Source: Gallionella sp.
GTDB lineage: Bacteria; Pseudomonadota; Gammaproteobacteria; Burkholderiales; Gallionellaceae
Length of the DNA stretch: 64,000 bases
Reading direction: 5' to 3'
Assembly: GCA_028699065.1 (NCBI GenBank)
Contig: JAQVVH010000004.1
Location: forward strand, 1,589-65,588
Part shown: piece after piece, positions 1 to 8,766 of the stretch
Position numbering within the stretch: position 1 is the stretch's first letter
Layout: every line of letters begins with the position of its first letter
Translations under genes and position numbers: made by a program
Notes under the pieces: model-generated
The model's database searches: none
The model's input: only the letters and a program-made list of their open reading frames with translations
Told to the model about the DNA's origin: nothing

Positions 1-138
1 TATCATCGCAGCGGTCTGGATGAACTCGACGCGGTCGGGGTGGCCCTTCGGCGCGACGTTGGCGTGGTAGAACTGTTTGGGACACTCCATCCATGTTTTT
101 CTGCGGGAGTGGCTCCACGCGATGAAGTCGGCGCTCAT
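1..138 (-). CDS. PD-(D/E)XK (RecB/Cas4-like) exonuclease, 5' part only; runs off the window edge
   Basis: Manual translation MSADFIAWSHSRRKTWMECPKQFYH matches the WSxSR...CPxxF/Y N-terminal motif of phage PD-(D/E)XK nucleases; ATGA overlap with the DHH gene stop. Confidence 0.65.
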   Translation of the reverse strand, partial: MSADFIAWSHSRRKTWMECPKQFYHANVAPKGHPDRVEFIQTAAMI

Positions 139-1103
139 GCCATCCACTCCAGCAGCGTCGCGATCGGAACTTCGAACCCCGCGGCGTTCTTGTGGCCACC
201 GCCTCCGAACGCCTTGGCAATTGCCGACACGTCATAGCCACCGTTGCTGCGCAGTGAGCAGTTGGCGACGAGCTTGGTCTGGTTCAGTGTCCAGCACAGG
301 CCGAAGGTGCCTGACTGCACGGCGAGTTCGTGCCCGACATCGGAGGTCAGGTGCGGCGGGCAGTTGGCGGCGAGGCCGTGCGCCATGCAGGTATCAGTAA
401 CACGCCACCCGCCGTAGGGCGTCGGAAACCAGATCGTACATTTCCTCGCCGCCCCTTTCACCACAGCCTGCACGTTCTGATCGTGGGCGCGGAGGATGGC
501 GGCGCCTTCCCGGATGAAGGGCGCGGTGATGTGGTCACTGAGGTAGGGGCCATCGAGGTTGTGGTCAAGCTGGAATACCCAGTCGCGCCACTGCTCGAAC
601 GACCACGGCGCGTAGCTCCACAGCGCCTTGTTGAACTCCTTGGTGCCGTCGATCTTGAACTGCCAGCGGGCGTAGTCATCGATGTGTTTGACCAGCATCG
701 GGGCTTCGGCGTCGGGGTGGAAGTATTCCCACGCGAGCATGGCGCCGGACTTGTCGTTGTCGAGGGTGATGTGGCACGAGGTCGAGCACCCGCCCCCGAG
801 GTCGAACTCGGTCTCATGTAAATATGTTCGCTCCTGCCCACCGGCCCACATTTCAAATGCCGTCTTGTGGTGGTCCAGCCACACTACCCGCTCGGCGACA
901 GAGAAGAAGTAGTCCATCACTTCGCGAGGGAAGCTGAAGTCGAGAATGAAGACCTCACGGTCTGTAGCGTGAAACTCCTCTGCAGCATCGCCGTACCGCG
1001 TGGGGCGGTACTCGGCCTCGCCACCCAGCGCGAGCCAGGCTGCGAAGGCCGCACCGAATCCGTCGGCGCAGTTGTCGTGGTAAATCACTAGCGGTTTGGT
1101 CAT
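135..1103 (-). CDS. DHH/DHHA1 family phosphoesterase
   Basis: YHDNCADG, ILDFSF, WLDHHKT and C-terminal FGGGGHKNAAGF motifs. Confidence 0.9.
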   Translation of the reverse strand: MTKPLVIYHDNCADGFGAAFAAWLALGGEAEYRPTRYGDAAEEFHATDREVFILDFSFPREVMDYFFSVAERVVWLDHHKTAFEMWAGGQERTYLHETEFDLGGGCSTSCHITLDNDKSGAMLAWEYFHPDAEAPMLVKHIDDYARWQFKIDGTKEFNKALWSYAPWSFEQWRDWVFQLDHNLDGPYLSDHITAPFIREGAAILRAHDQNVQAVVKGAARKCTIWFPTPYGGWRVTDTCMAHGLAANCPPHLTSDVGHELAVQSGTFGLCWTLNQTKLVANCSLRSNGGYDVSAIAKAFGGGGHKNAAGFEVPIATLLEWMA

Positions 1104-1112
1104 TTGGATCTC

Positions 1113-1607
1113 CTATGTGTTCTTCCAGTTACGGCCATTCAGGATTTCCCGAATGCACGATTGAGTCACGCCGAATTCAGACGCAAGCGCCGTCGCCGTG
1201 ACGACGCGCGGTTGGTATCTCGCTTTGATGTCCTTAACCTGCGCCGAAGTCAGTTTCTTCATACTGCCCATATTGGCGCGACCTTTACGCATCATGTCCG
1301 CCACGTTCTCTGCCTGTGTGCCGGGGGTAAGATGCACAGGGTTCACGCACGATGGGTTGTCGCAGGAGTGAAGTAGTTTCATATCTGATGGGCAGGTGCC
1401 CCACGTCATCGCATAGGCGGCACGATGTGCGAGTGCCCGTCGATGCGACCGTGAGGTGCGCCCCTTCATCTCGACGCAGCCGTATCCTTTCACGCGCTCC
1501 GACCCGGTGAACTCCATACACCCGTTCGGGCGCAGTACCACCTTAGACCAGAAGTTTGCGATCTGGCCTGGCCCGAAGTCATCGGCAGTCAGTTCTTTCG
1601 CCTTCAT
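1113..1607 (-). CDS. Free-standing HNH homing endonuclease with C-terminal HTH
   Basis: AHRAAY...LLHSCDNPSCVNPVHL...N motif; start moved to the ATG at 1607 (ATGA overlap with the upstream gene); lower GC. Confidence 0.85.
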   Translation of the reverse strand: MKAKELTADDFGPGQIANFWSKVVLRPNGCMEFTGSERVKGYGCVEMKGRTSRSHRRALAHRAAYAMTWGTCPSDMKLLHSCDNPSCVNPVHLTPGTQAENVADMMRKGRANMGSMKKLTSAQVKDIKARYQPRVVTATALASEFGVTQSCIREILNGRNWKNT

Positions 1608-2827
1608 CCCGGTACGCTCACCCAGCTCGCCGCCGTTGCCGCCTGCTTCTCTCCGAGGAACACAGGCATCCGAAAAGTCTGGCCGTGCACAGGGTGGGTT
1701 ATCCAGAGGGCCTGCTGTGGGGGCTCGAAGCTGAAGTTGTTGGACCACGCGAATTCGTCGTACCCTTTCATCGACCCGTTCACGATGACGCGCCCGTGGT
1801 GGATGTAGGAATGGAAGTGACCAAGCAGCATGGTGTCATACTTCTGATCTACCTGCGCGTTGCGGCTTCGCTTCTTGTGGTCCCCCCTGATAATTGGGCC
1901 TAGACAACCAATCAGGCCATCTCCCCCTCTGAACTGGTCGCCGTGCGTGAGCAGGTAGGCATGATTGTAGACCTTATAGTAGGCATCCGAGCCGTCGGGA
2001 ATGTGGAACGTGATGCGCTTGTCGCCGTCGAAGTGCTTGGCCAGGAAGCGGTACAGCAGCCAGTCGAACGACGTGTGGTGGCGGTCCTTGTTCCATATCT
2101 TCTTGGTGTCGCGGCCATGATTGCCACTTACACAAGGGCAGAAGACGTGGCCGAACTGATCCGCCATCGCGCTGATGACGCCAACCAGCACGCCGTACAG
2201 GTCGAGCACGGCCGGCATCGAGTTGAGTTCGTTCGTAGCGGTGAGTTCGTCGTGGATATTTCCGGAGATACAGTCTCCACCAAGAGGGATCACGATGCCA
2301 GGGTAGTCCATCTCAGGGGAGATGATCTTGAGCAGGTGGACGGCTGAACTGACGAGGGTGTCCATGCGCTTGTGGGCGATCTTGACGCTGTACTCGTTGA
2401 CGTTGTTGATCTGGCTGGCGAACACCGTCTCGCCCCAGTGCAAGTCCGACAGGAACAGCGTCGGCACGCCGGGCGACTTGGCCTTGCCCTGGCCACGCAC
2501 CAGCCACGCGGGAGGATCGAGATCCTCGACTTGCCGCGCCATGGCCCCGATGACGGCCTTGATCTGCCGTGCCTGGTCGGACTGGCTCTCGTGCGACTTG
2601 AGCGAGACCTCCAACCGCTTGACTTTGGCTTTCAGGCCCTGCACGTCCTCGACTTCGAGCTTCGCGCCGTTTGGCGTGATGCCCCGTGCCCGGGCTTCGT
2701 CCAGCCGACCCTGCACTGTGGTACGGGGGAGGCCAAGCAGCTTCGCGGCCCCGCTTTGGGTCTTCCCGGCGGCGAACGCGTTCACCGTGGCTTGCAGCAG
2801 GGCGTCGCTAATGGTTCCTGATGGCAT
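1604..2827 (-). CDS. Calcineurin-like metallophosphoesterase with N-terminal HTH and coiled coil
   Basis: SDLHWG, GGDCISG, SGNHGR, THGD, GHFHS motifs. Confidence 0.85.
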   Translation of the reverse strand: MPSGTISDALLQATVNAFAAGKTQSGAAKLLGLPRTTVQGRLDEARARGITPNGAKLEVEDVQGLKAKVKRLEVSLKSHESQSDQARQIKAVIGAMARQVEDLDPPAWLVRGQGKAKSPGVPTLFLSDLHWGETVFASQINNVNEYSVKIAHKRMDTLVSSAVHLLKIISPEMDYPGIVIPLGGDCISGNIHDELTATNELNSMPAVLDLYGVLVGVISAMADQFGHVFCPCVSGNHGRDTKKIWNKDRHHTSFDWLLYRFLAKHFDGDKRITFHIPDGSDAYYKVYNHAYLLTHGDQFRGGDGLIGCLGPIIRGDHKKRSRNAQVDQKYDTMLLGHFHSYIHHGRVIVNGSMKGYDEFAWSNNFSFEPPQQALWITHPVHGQTFRMPVFLGEKQAATAASWVSVPG

Positions 2828-2838
2828 GGTCGGGCTCC

Positions 2839-3621
2839 TTATTCGTCTACGTCATCAAAGATGCTGCGCGTACCGTCGGCGTTGCAGAGCATGTTGTGAC
2901 CGTCAGCTTGCATGGCGTAATACTGGCCACCGGGAAGGGGCTCGGGCTCCACCATCGGAGCCGGCGGCTCCAGCCTGACGAACTTGGCGCCGGAGGTCAG
3001 CAACTGATCGACGCCCTTGTAGAGGTAGTCGAGGGTGTAGTTGTTGAAGATTTCGCGCTCGCCGTCGAGCACGGGCAGTGGGGTTTCGGAGACGTGACCG
3101 GCGACCGGCGCGGCGGCGTCGCGGCGCAGGTGCCAGATTCCGCCGTCCATCTCCTTCACCCACATGCGTTCGTTCTCGAAGCGGACGCTGTCATTGACGA
3201 ACAGGTTGCACCGATGCTCGGGGTACTGCGGGAAGGAGTACATGGCTTCCAGCCACTGCTCGGCTTGGTCGATCCAGTAGTTTGGGTTCTGTGCCCTCCT
3301 ATAGTCGCTGCCCCACCACTGAAGTATCTGGCGGGGGGAGTATGGAGTGCGGGCACTGTGGTCCTCGGGGGCGAACATATTACGCACCACATAATCGAAC
3401 TCGTCGTCGGCGCAGTTCTCCATCGCGAGCAGCGGGGTGGCGACCTCCTTCGTCGCCCGATCGTGCAGTACGTCTTCGCTCTCAAGCCCGAACGCTTCGG
3501 CGACCTGAGCGTACAGAAAATCCGAAAATGAAAAACGCATAAAGCCGTACCGCTGAACGAGGTACTCCGCGACCGCTGACTTACCTGAACCGGCAGCGCC
3601 GGCGAGACCGAGAACTAACAT
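2839..3621 (-). CDS. Deoxynucleoside monophosphate kinase (phage dNMP kinase)
   Basis: GLAGAAGSGKS P-loop, SPRQILQWWGSD, DSVRFENE, HVSE motifs; GGAGG RBS before ATG 3621. Confidence 0.85.
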   Translation of the reverse strand: MLVLGLAGAAGSGKSAVAEYLVQRYGFMRFSFSDFLYAQVAEAFGLESEDVLHDRATKEVATPLLAMENCADDEFDYVVRNMFAPEDHSARTPYSPRQILQWWGSDYRRAQNPNYWIDQAEQWLEAMYSFPQYPEHRCNLFVNDSVRFENERMWVKEMDGGIWHLRRDAAAPVAGHVSETPLPVLDGEREIFNNYTLDYLYKGVDQLLTSGAKFVRLEPPAPMVEPEPLPGGQYYAMQADGHNMLCNADGTRSIFDDVDE

Positions 3622-3640
3622 GGATTTACCTCCTTTTTGA

Positions 3641-5716
3641 TCATTTGCACTCCGCATACGTCACGCCGATGCCCCCCTCAGCAGAGAGCGGCAGCCCTGT
3701 TGCCCATGTAGGGGTGGTGGCAAGAACACTGTTCATGTACTGAAGCGCCACGTCAGCCGCGTTCTCCTCGACGACGCATACGATTTCATCGTGTGTCATC
3801 AGGACTACCGGCAGTTCTTTGGCAACCTCAATCATTTGTTCTCCGACAATGATGCGATGCAGGCACTGAATAATATTTTCCGTGGCAAGCGATCCGTAGA
3901 TTTTGGTACGCGAACGGCCATCCCAATAGGTAGCCGTTCCATCCTCTGACCGCTCAATCCCATGATAGTTCAATTTGAGGTTGTTCGGCATGAGGATATG
4001 ATCTTTCCCAGTGCGCATGATGCCGTGCGCGCCGAACACCATCTCCCTGCCCTCGATCATAGCAGTGATGACGTCCTCCATCATCTGCCAGCAGCCTTTC
4101 TGCCCCGGCGGTAGGCCCACCCCGGTGATCTGCGGGTACCGCTTGCGATACCGATCAACCAGTGCCTTGGTGACGCAGCAGTGGATCAGGCGGTCGTTGA
4201 GGTTCAGCCGGCTGGGCATCTCGGCCACGCGCTGCACATGCTTCGGGTTGTTCAGGAACGGGGAAGGGTCGACTTGCAAGGACTCCATGTCCGCTACCGT
4301 GAAGATGATCGGCTTGGCACCCAGCGCGCCTTTCAGGAATTCCGTGGCGGCCTTGAACCACCCACTGCCAAAGCCGAACGAAAGAATTCCGACTTTCCCG
4401 ACGTGGCCAGGAATCTTGTCGGCGGGGTTTTTCTTGCGATCAATGGGCCTGCCATACACTGTGCTTGCATGCTCGCTATACACGTCGCGCCCTTGTGCGA
4501 ACGCTTCAACCAAGTCATGCTGATTGGCAACCCATGCAAGCAAGCGCGCCTCGCCCTGCGCGCTGTCTGAACACACGATCCGATACCCGTCCGGTGCGTA
4601 GATCGACTGTTTGAGCACCGCGAGTTCTGGGCGGTTCGCATTGGCGTTGCTCATATTCTGGAAATTCGTGGCATCTCCGCCCGACCACCTGAATGTATGA
4701 GCGCCGCCATAGTTGAGGTACACGCAGAGCGGCCCACGCGAGGCCATGTCGGCGAACCGTTGCGCCCGCGTCTCGACGATCCCTGACCTGATGCTCACCC
4801 GAGCTTCGGCGAGCGCGCGGATCACATCATCTGGGTCTTCGAGCATTTCCTGCATCGCTGGATCTGTGCGCGCGAAGGCGAATATCTGCTCGCCCGTTGT
4901 GGGTGAGGGCTTCGTCTTCGGCTCGACGCCGATGGAACGCAGGATCGCAGCAAACTTGTCACTGGAGTTGAAGGGCTTCTTGTTGATGCCAAGACCATCG
5001 CACGCCTTGCATGGCGACACGCCATTGAACATATCCGGGGCTTGCCCACTGCCCCCGCATACCTTGCACTCGTAGCCCAGTTCAGTGAGCAAGTCACGCT
5101 TGCGCTTCTGCTCAGTGGTGACGGCCCCGCGCAGTTGCGCTTCGTTGCCCAGCAGCTTGGGCTCCGTAAACATGCGCACAGTGAGGTCAACCAGTTTCAA
5201 TTCATCCGCCGGCATCTGTTCCAAGAATATCTGCGCCAGGTCGTAGGTGCGCTCACAGTCGTTGACGCAGTACGCGCCGTACTCCGCGCGTTCTGCGGCG
5301 GTAAAGTCCGCAGCGCGCTTATTTTTTGCGAACGTGACGTAGTTCCCTTTGCGGCCGATGCCGTGGCGGATGCACAGTTCTTCGAGTGAGTTCCCGGCTT
5401 TCGGGCCGTCGAGGATGCGCGCCATGCTCAGGGTGTCAATGTGCATGGCAGGCCGGATGCCGTGATGGTGTGCGAGAATCAGCCCGTCGAAGTGGCTGTG
5501 GTGGCAGATCAGCGCCGTTTCCGACCAATTCACCTCTCGTTGCAAGAAAGTCGCGGCGCGATCTGGCATGATCCAGAATGCTGGGGTGTCGTTAACCTTG
5601 ACGCCGAGCAGGATCTCTTCGAAGCGCGGGTCGCGGACGTAGGCCTCTGTGGTCATCTTGGAGAGCGAGAATTCCTGGGAGTAAAAAGTTTCCCAGTCGA
5701 GAACGAGGGTGTCCAT
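3641..5716 (-). CDS. polA: Family A DNA polymerase with 3'-5' exonuclease domain
   Basis: LDWET ExoI, HHSHFDG ExoII, YCVND ExoIII, motif A DSAQGEAR, motif B KVGILSFGFG, motif C THDE; start at MDTLVLD (TGATG overlap). Confidence 0.95.
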   Translation of the reverse strand: MDTLVLDWETFYSQEFSLSKMTTEAYVRDPRFEEILLGVKVNDTPAFWIMPDRAATFLQREVNWSETALICHHSHFDGLILAHHHGIRPAMHIDTLSMARILDGPKAGNSLEELCIRHGIGRKGNYVTFAKNKRAADFTAAERAEYGAYCVNDCERTYDLAQIFLEQMPADELKLVDLTVRMFTEPKLLGNEAQLRGAVTTEQKRKRDLLTELGYECKVCGGSGQAPDMFNGVSPCKACDGLGINKKPFNSSDKFAAILRSIGVEPKTKPSPTTGEQIFAFARTDPAMQEMLEDPDDVIRALAEARVSIRSGIVETRAQRFADMASRGPLCVYLNYGGAHTFRWSGGDATNFQNMSNANANRPELAVLKQSIYAPDGYRIVCSDSAQGEARLLAWVANQHDLVEAFAQGRDVYSEHASTVYGRPIDRKKNPADKIPGHVGKVGILSFGFGSGWFKAATEFLKGALGAKPIIFTVADMESLQVDPSPFLNNPKHVQRVAEMPSRLNLNDRLIHCCVTKALVDRYRKRYPQITGVGLPPGQKGCWQMMEDVITAMIEGREMVFGAHGIMRTGKDHILMPNNLKLNYHGIERSEDGTATYWDGRSRTKIYGSLATENIIQCLHRIIVGEQMIEVAKELPVVLMTHDEIVCVVEENAADVALQYMNSVLATTPTWATGLPLSAEGGIGVTYAECK

Positions 5717-6069
5717 CAGGCGGGTTTCCAGTGAGTAGGCTTGCACTCGACCGAGAACCCGCAGGTCCACCATGTATTGCTGTATGCCGGGCATCCGTTC
5801 GGAGAGTGTGGCGTCTTGAGCAGTATCTTCTCGCGCCCCGTTGTCGGGGCTGTTGCGATCGGGAGCCAGCGATCAACCTCCGCGCATGCAATCGCTTTAT
5901 GAACTCGCCGCACTGTGCCCTCGGGCAGCCCCGTAGCGCGCAGGAACGTCACCACGGATTCATGATCCTCGCTCGCGCCGTCGCCTTCGAGTAGCCCCTT
6001 GATCTGCTCGTTGACGAGCCACAGGGGATGGTCGTCGTCCAGCCACCCTTCAAGTTTTGCTGTGGACAT
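5716..6069 (-). CDS. Hypothetical protein with DUF551-like C-terminus
   Basis: WLPIATAP...PTHWKP pattern; coupled to flanking genes. Confidence 0.55.
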   Translation of the reverse strand: MSTAKLEGWLDDDHPLWLVNEQIKGLLEGDGASEDHESVVTFLRATGLPEGTVRRVHKAIACAEVDRWLPIATAPTTGREKILLKTPHSPNGCPAYSNTWWTCGFSVECKPTHWKPA

Positions 6070-6071
6070 AT

Positions 6072-6506
6072 CTAACCCCCCAGCACCAGAACAGTCACAG
6101 GCCCGCCGGTGCCGGGGTCGATCTTGCTGGCAATCTCAACGGCGCGCTTCGGTGTCTTTCCGCACAGCATGGCAGCCATGGCGGGTCCGCCGCCGGTGCC
6201 GATGGCGTGAAAGTCGCGCTCGATCTTGTTCGCTATCCAGTCGTCCTCGAAGAAGAACAGCCCATCATGGGTCAGCAACAGGGCCTGGAACTCGTCGGGA
6301 TCCTTGAGTTCGTCGCGGTCGTTGATATCCATGCCGGTCTCGACCCATGCGATGAACTTCGCGCAGTCGACGCTTGACCCGGCGGCACCGACGAGGCCGT
6401 TGCAGGTCGTGAATATCTTCTTCGATGGGAACGACGTATCCCCGAAGTTGACCTGCGTGTCGGCAGCCATCTCGCCGTGCTGACGTGAGGCTACGATGGT
6501 GGTCAT
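6072..6506 (-). CDS. Proteasome-beta/HslV-like Ntn hydrolase (paralog 1)
   Basis: N-terminal MTTIV, AADTQ, SKKIF, GAAGS, AIGTGG line up with HslV T1/D17/K33/G47/S124 motifs; ATGA overlap at 6506. Confidence 0.7.
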   Translation of the reverse strand: MTTIVASRQHGEMAADTQVNFGDTSFPSKKIFTTCNGLVGAAGSSVDCAKFIAWVETGMDINDRDELKDPDEFQALLLTHDGLFFFEDDWIANKIERDFHAIGTGGGPAMAAMLCGKTPKRAVEIASKIDPGTGGPVTVLVLGG

Positions 6507-7117
6507 GCCATGCTCGCCCGGTAGAGGTAGTCCCACTTGAACACCCGGCCGACGTGCTCCGACGCCTCCAGACTGATCTTTGGCACCGGGTTCGGGGCCG
6601 TTTCGTTGTGGCGTTCAAGCGTAATGTCGAGCATCACTGCCAGTTTATGCAGGTCTTCGTACCGCCATATCTCGGTGCCGAGGTCCGGGCGCAGCGTCAG
6701 CCACTGGCTCTTCACGTTCTCCGGGATCGGGTGCCGCACACAGAACTGCGGCCAGAACCGCCCCAGCCCGGCGGAATCGTAGGGGCTCGTGAACACCTCC
6801 TTGTTGCGCAGTATCCACTCGTCGAATGGGCGATCTACGCTGTCCCGCTGCGCCTTCGTGTAGGCGTGCTCGTAGCGCCCGTGGTCGAGTCCGAACCTGC
6901 GAAGGAACTTATACAGGCTCCACAAACGATCGAGTGGGTTGCGAACGACGCCGAGTTTTTGCCAGCGGTCATACCCCTGCGGTACCCCGTCTGCCTCCAT
7001 GTGACGGTACACTTGCATTGCTTGGGGATACCGCGCCAGTATCGCGCGGCGCAATGCCCCGCTTCCGGTACGTGGAACGAGGAGGACTACCTTCTCGATT
7101 TCGGGGATCAGGATCAT
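6503..7117 (-). CDS. Sulfotransferase family 2-like protein
   Basis: 5'-PSB-like VPRTGSG and 3'-PB-like VRNPLDRLWSLY motifs. Confidence 0.65.
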   Translation of the reverse strand: MILIPEIEKVVLLVPRTGSGALRRAILARYPQAMQVYRHMEADGVPQGYDRWQKLGVVRNPLDRLWSLYKFLRRFGLDHGRYEHAYTKAQRDSVDRPFDEWILRNKEVFTSPYDSAGLGRFWPQFCVRHPIPENVKSQWLTLRPDLGTEIWRYEDLHKLAVMLDITLERHNETAPNPVPKISLEASEHVGRVFKWDYLYRASMA

Positions 7118-7470
7118 AAGTCCGCCGGGTCCAAGTGGACGATCGGGATGCCATGTTTCAGTGCGAACTTGATCTCCTGCTCGACGCCGTAGCTACGGTG
7201 CCACTGGTGGAGATGAAGCACGATCAGTTTGTCGGCCTTCTCCAACAGCGCGAAGTCCTGCGTCAGCCAGAACTGGTGGTTGCACCGCAGATCCGCCGGT
7301 AGATAGGCGGCGACGGGGTGCGAATGCGCGATCGGGCAGAAGATGTTCTCACCGCGGGCCATCAACTTCGCCGCCGCATGCACGGCCTCGGCGAACCGCT
7401 GCTCGCAGTACAGCCGGTCATCGGGGTTGTCGGGGTTGGTGTAGGGAGACGCGAGGTAGGAGTAGCTCAT
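7114..7470 (-). CDS. DUF1937 / nucleoside deoxyribosyltransferase-like protein
   Basis: YLASPY, FCPIAHSH, SYGVEQEI..A...GIPI motifs; start at ATG 7470. Confidence 0.75.
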   Translation of the reverse strand: MSYSYLASPYTNPDNPDDRLYCEQRFAEAVHAAAKLMARGENIFCPIAHSHPVAAYLPADLRCNHQFWLTQDFALLEKADKLIVLHLHQWHRSYGVEQEIKFALKHGIPIVHLDPADL

Positions 7471-7901
7471 AACCCGTGCCTCGCCAGCCTGGCCGCGATG
7501 TCTTCCCGCGTCTCGCCGGCGTCGAACATGTCGACCATAACTTTCCACAGGCTGACATGGATCTCGCGGCGATACTTGGTCTGCAGCGGAACAATACGCG
7601 GGATCAGGCGGTCGCGCTCCAGTTCTTCGGCGAGCCGGGGCCAGCAGCGAACGGACTGTCCGATGTGCGGCCACATCTGGTGGAGTTCGCGGAGCATGAA
7701 GACCGCCAGTTGCTCGGGGGTATAGCCGAATACCCGCGCCCAGAACGCTGCGACTGCGCTGTCAGGGAGTTGCCCCAGCACGGCGGCGCCCAGAACGTCG
7801 GACGCCGTAACCAGACCGCCGCCGGCAACGAAGTACCCCTTGATCGCCTCGCCGGGGGCGCGATCGACGCCGCGCAGGACGGCAGAACTGAGGGGGATCA
7901 C
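7467..7901 (-). CDS. Hypothetical protein
   Basis: GTG start overlapping the upstream stop (GTGA); stop overlaps the next ATG. Confidence 0.55.
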   Translation of the reverse strand: MIPLSSAVLRGVDRAPGEAIKGYFVAGGGLVTASDVLGAAVLGQLPDSAVAAFWARVFGYTPEQLAVFMLRELHQMWPHIGQSVRCWPRLAEELERDRLIPRIVPLQTKYRREIHVSLWKVMVDMFDAGETREDIAARLARHGL

Positions 7902-8335
7902 GGCGCACCCCCGAGGTCCGTCTCGGGCGTGACCATGGCGCTGATCTCGCCGAACAGGTCGACGCCGATACGGCGGGCAAAATCGCGGTCCTGCTTCGAC
8001 ATCGCCTGGAACACGCGACGCGCGCACTCGCTCTTGCCCTGGCTCGGGTAGCGCCCCGCATGGTTGCCGCCCTTGTAGTTGAAGTTGGTCCGACACATGC
8101 GCCGCGGCGTGCGGCCGTGGCCACGAGACTTGTACTCCGGCAGGCCGTTGATCAGCATCTGGAGCATGGTCAAGTTGTGCGCCCACTTCGTTTTCAGTTC
8201 CAGGCCTTGCATATACAGGGCTTTCGCCCGCTTGAACGCCTTGGGGTCTTGCGGCTTGCGGTCGCCGCTGCTGAGTTGGCGACGGGTGTTACGTGGCACG
8301 ACTTTGGCGTTCCACTGCTCGATTGATTCGGACAT
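7898..8335 (-). CDS. Hypothetical basic protein
   Basis: GGAGG RBS before ATG 8335; coupled to the downstream gene. Confidence 0.55.
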   Translation of the reverse strand: MSESIEQWNAKVVPRNTRRQLSSGDRKPQDPKAFKRAKALYMQGLELKTKWAHNLTMLQMLINGLPEYKSRGHGRTPRRMCRTNFNYKGGNHAGRYPSQGKSECARRVFQAMSKQDRDFARRIGVDLFGEISAMVTPETDLGGAP

Positions 8336-8383
8336 GTTTCCCTCCTGCACTACGCCGCTGCGAGCCCGCGCGGTACCGGGGTG

Positions 8384-8623
8384 CTACTCAAAACTATTCT
8401 GATCTTCTACCCCTTCGACAACGAGTTCGTCGGAAAGTTCCTTGAGGAGCCGATAGAATTCGGGGACGCTCTCGAACGTGTCGGGCAGAACCTCGCGGCC
8501 CCCTGGGTCGCCTATCCATACCGCAGCGACGGATACCCGCCTGCCGGCGTTGCCGTGGTAAAAGCTGTCGGGCTCGCTGCGGTCGACTTCTTCCGCCAGC
8601 AGGTAAGCTGAGATCATGGTCAT
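8384..8623 (-). CDS. Hypothetical acidic protein
   Basis: ATGA overlap with upstream stop at 8620. Confidence 0.5.
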   Translation of the reverse strand: MTMISAYLLAEEVDRSEPDSFYHGNAGRRVSVAAVWIGDPGGREVLPDTFESVPEFYRLLKELSDELVVEGVEDQNSFE

Positions 8624-8766
8624 TTGGGTTTCCTGTTCCATGAGAATAGCACACTTGCGGCCGTGACTTCGGGCGGCTTCGCGGCGGCTTCGCGGCGCAG
8701 TCGGTTGCGCGCCTGGATCAGCGCCAGGCGTTCGCGCTGCTCACGGGGTGGGAATTTGGGGTTCAT
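8620..8766 (-). CDS. Hypothetical small basic protein (48 aa)
   Basis: MNPKFPPREQ...; ATGA overlaps at both ends. Confidence 0.5.
   Translation of the reverse strand: MNPKFPPREQRERLALIQARNRLRREAAAKPPEVTAASVLFSWNRKPK

Noticed and set aside
1608-1748. Apparent long overlap of the HNH ORF with the metallophosphoesterase
   Set aside because: An ATGA-coupled start at 1607 removes the overlap, so unlike the intein case it is not dual coding
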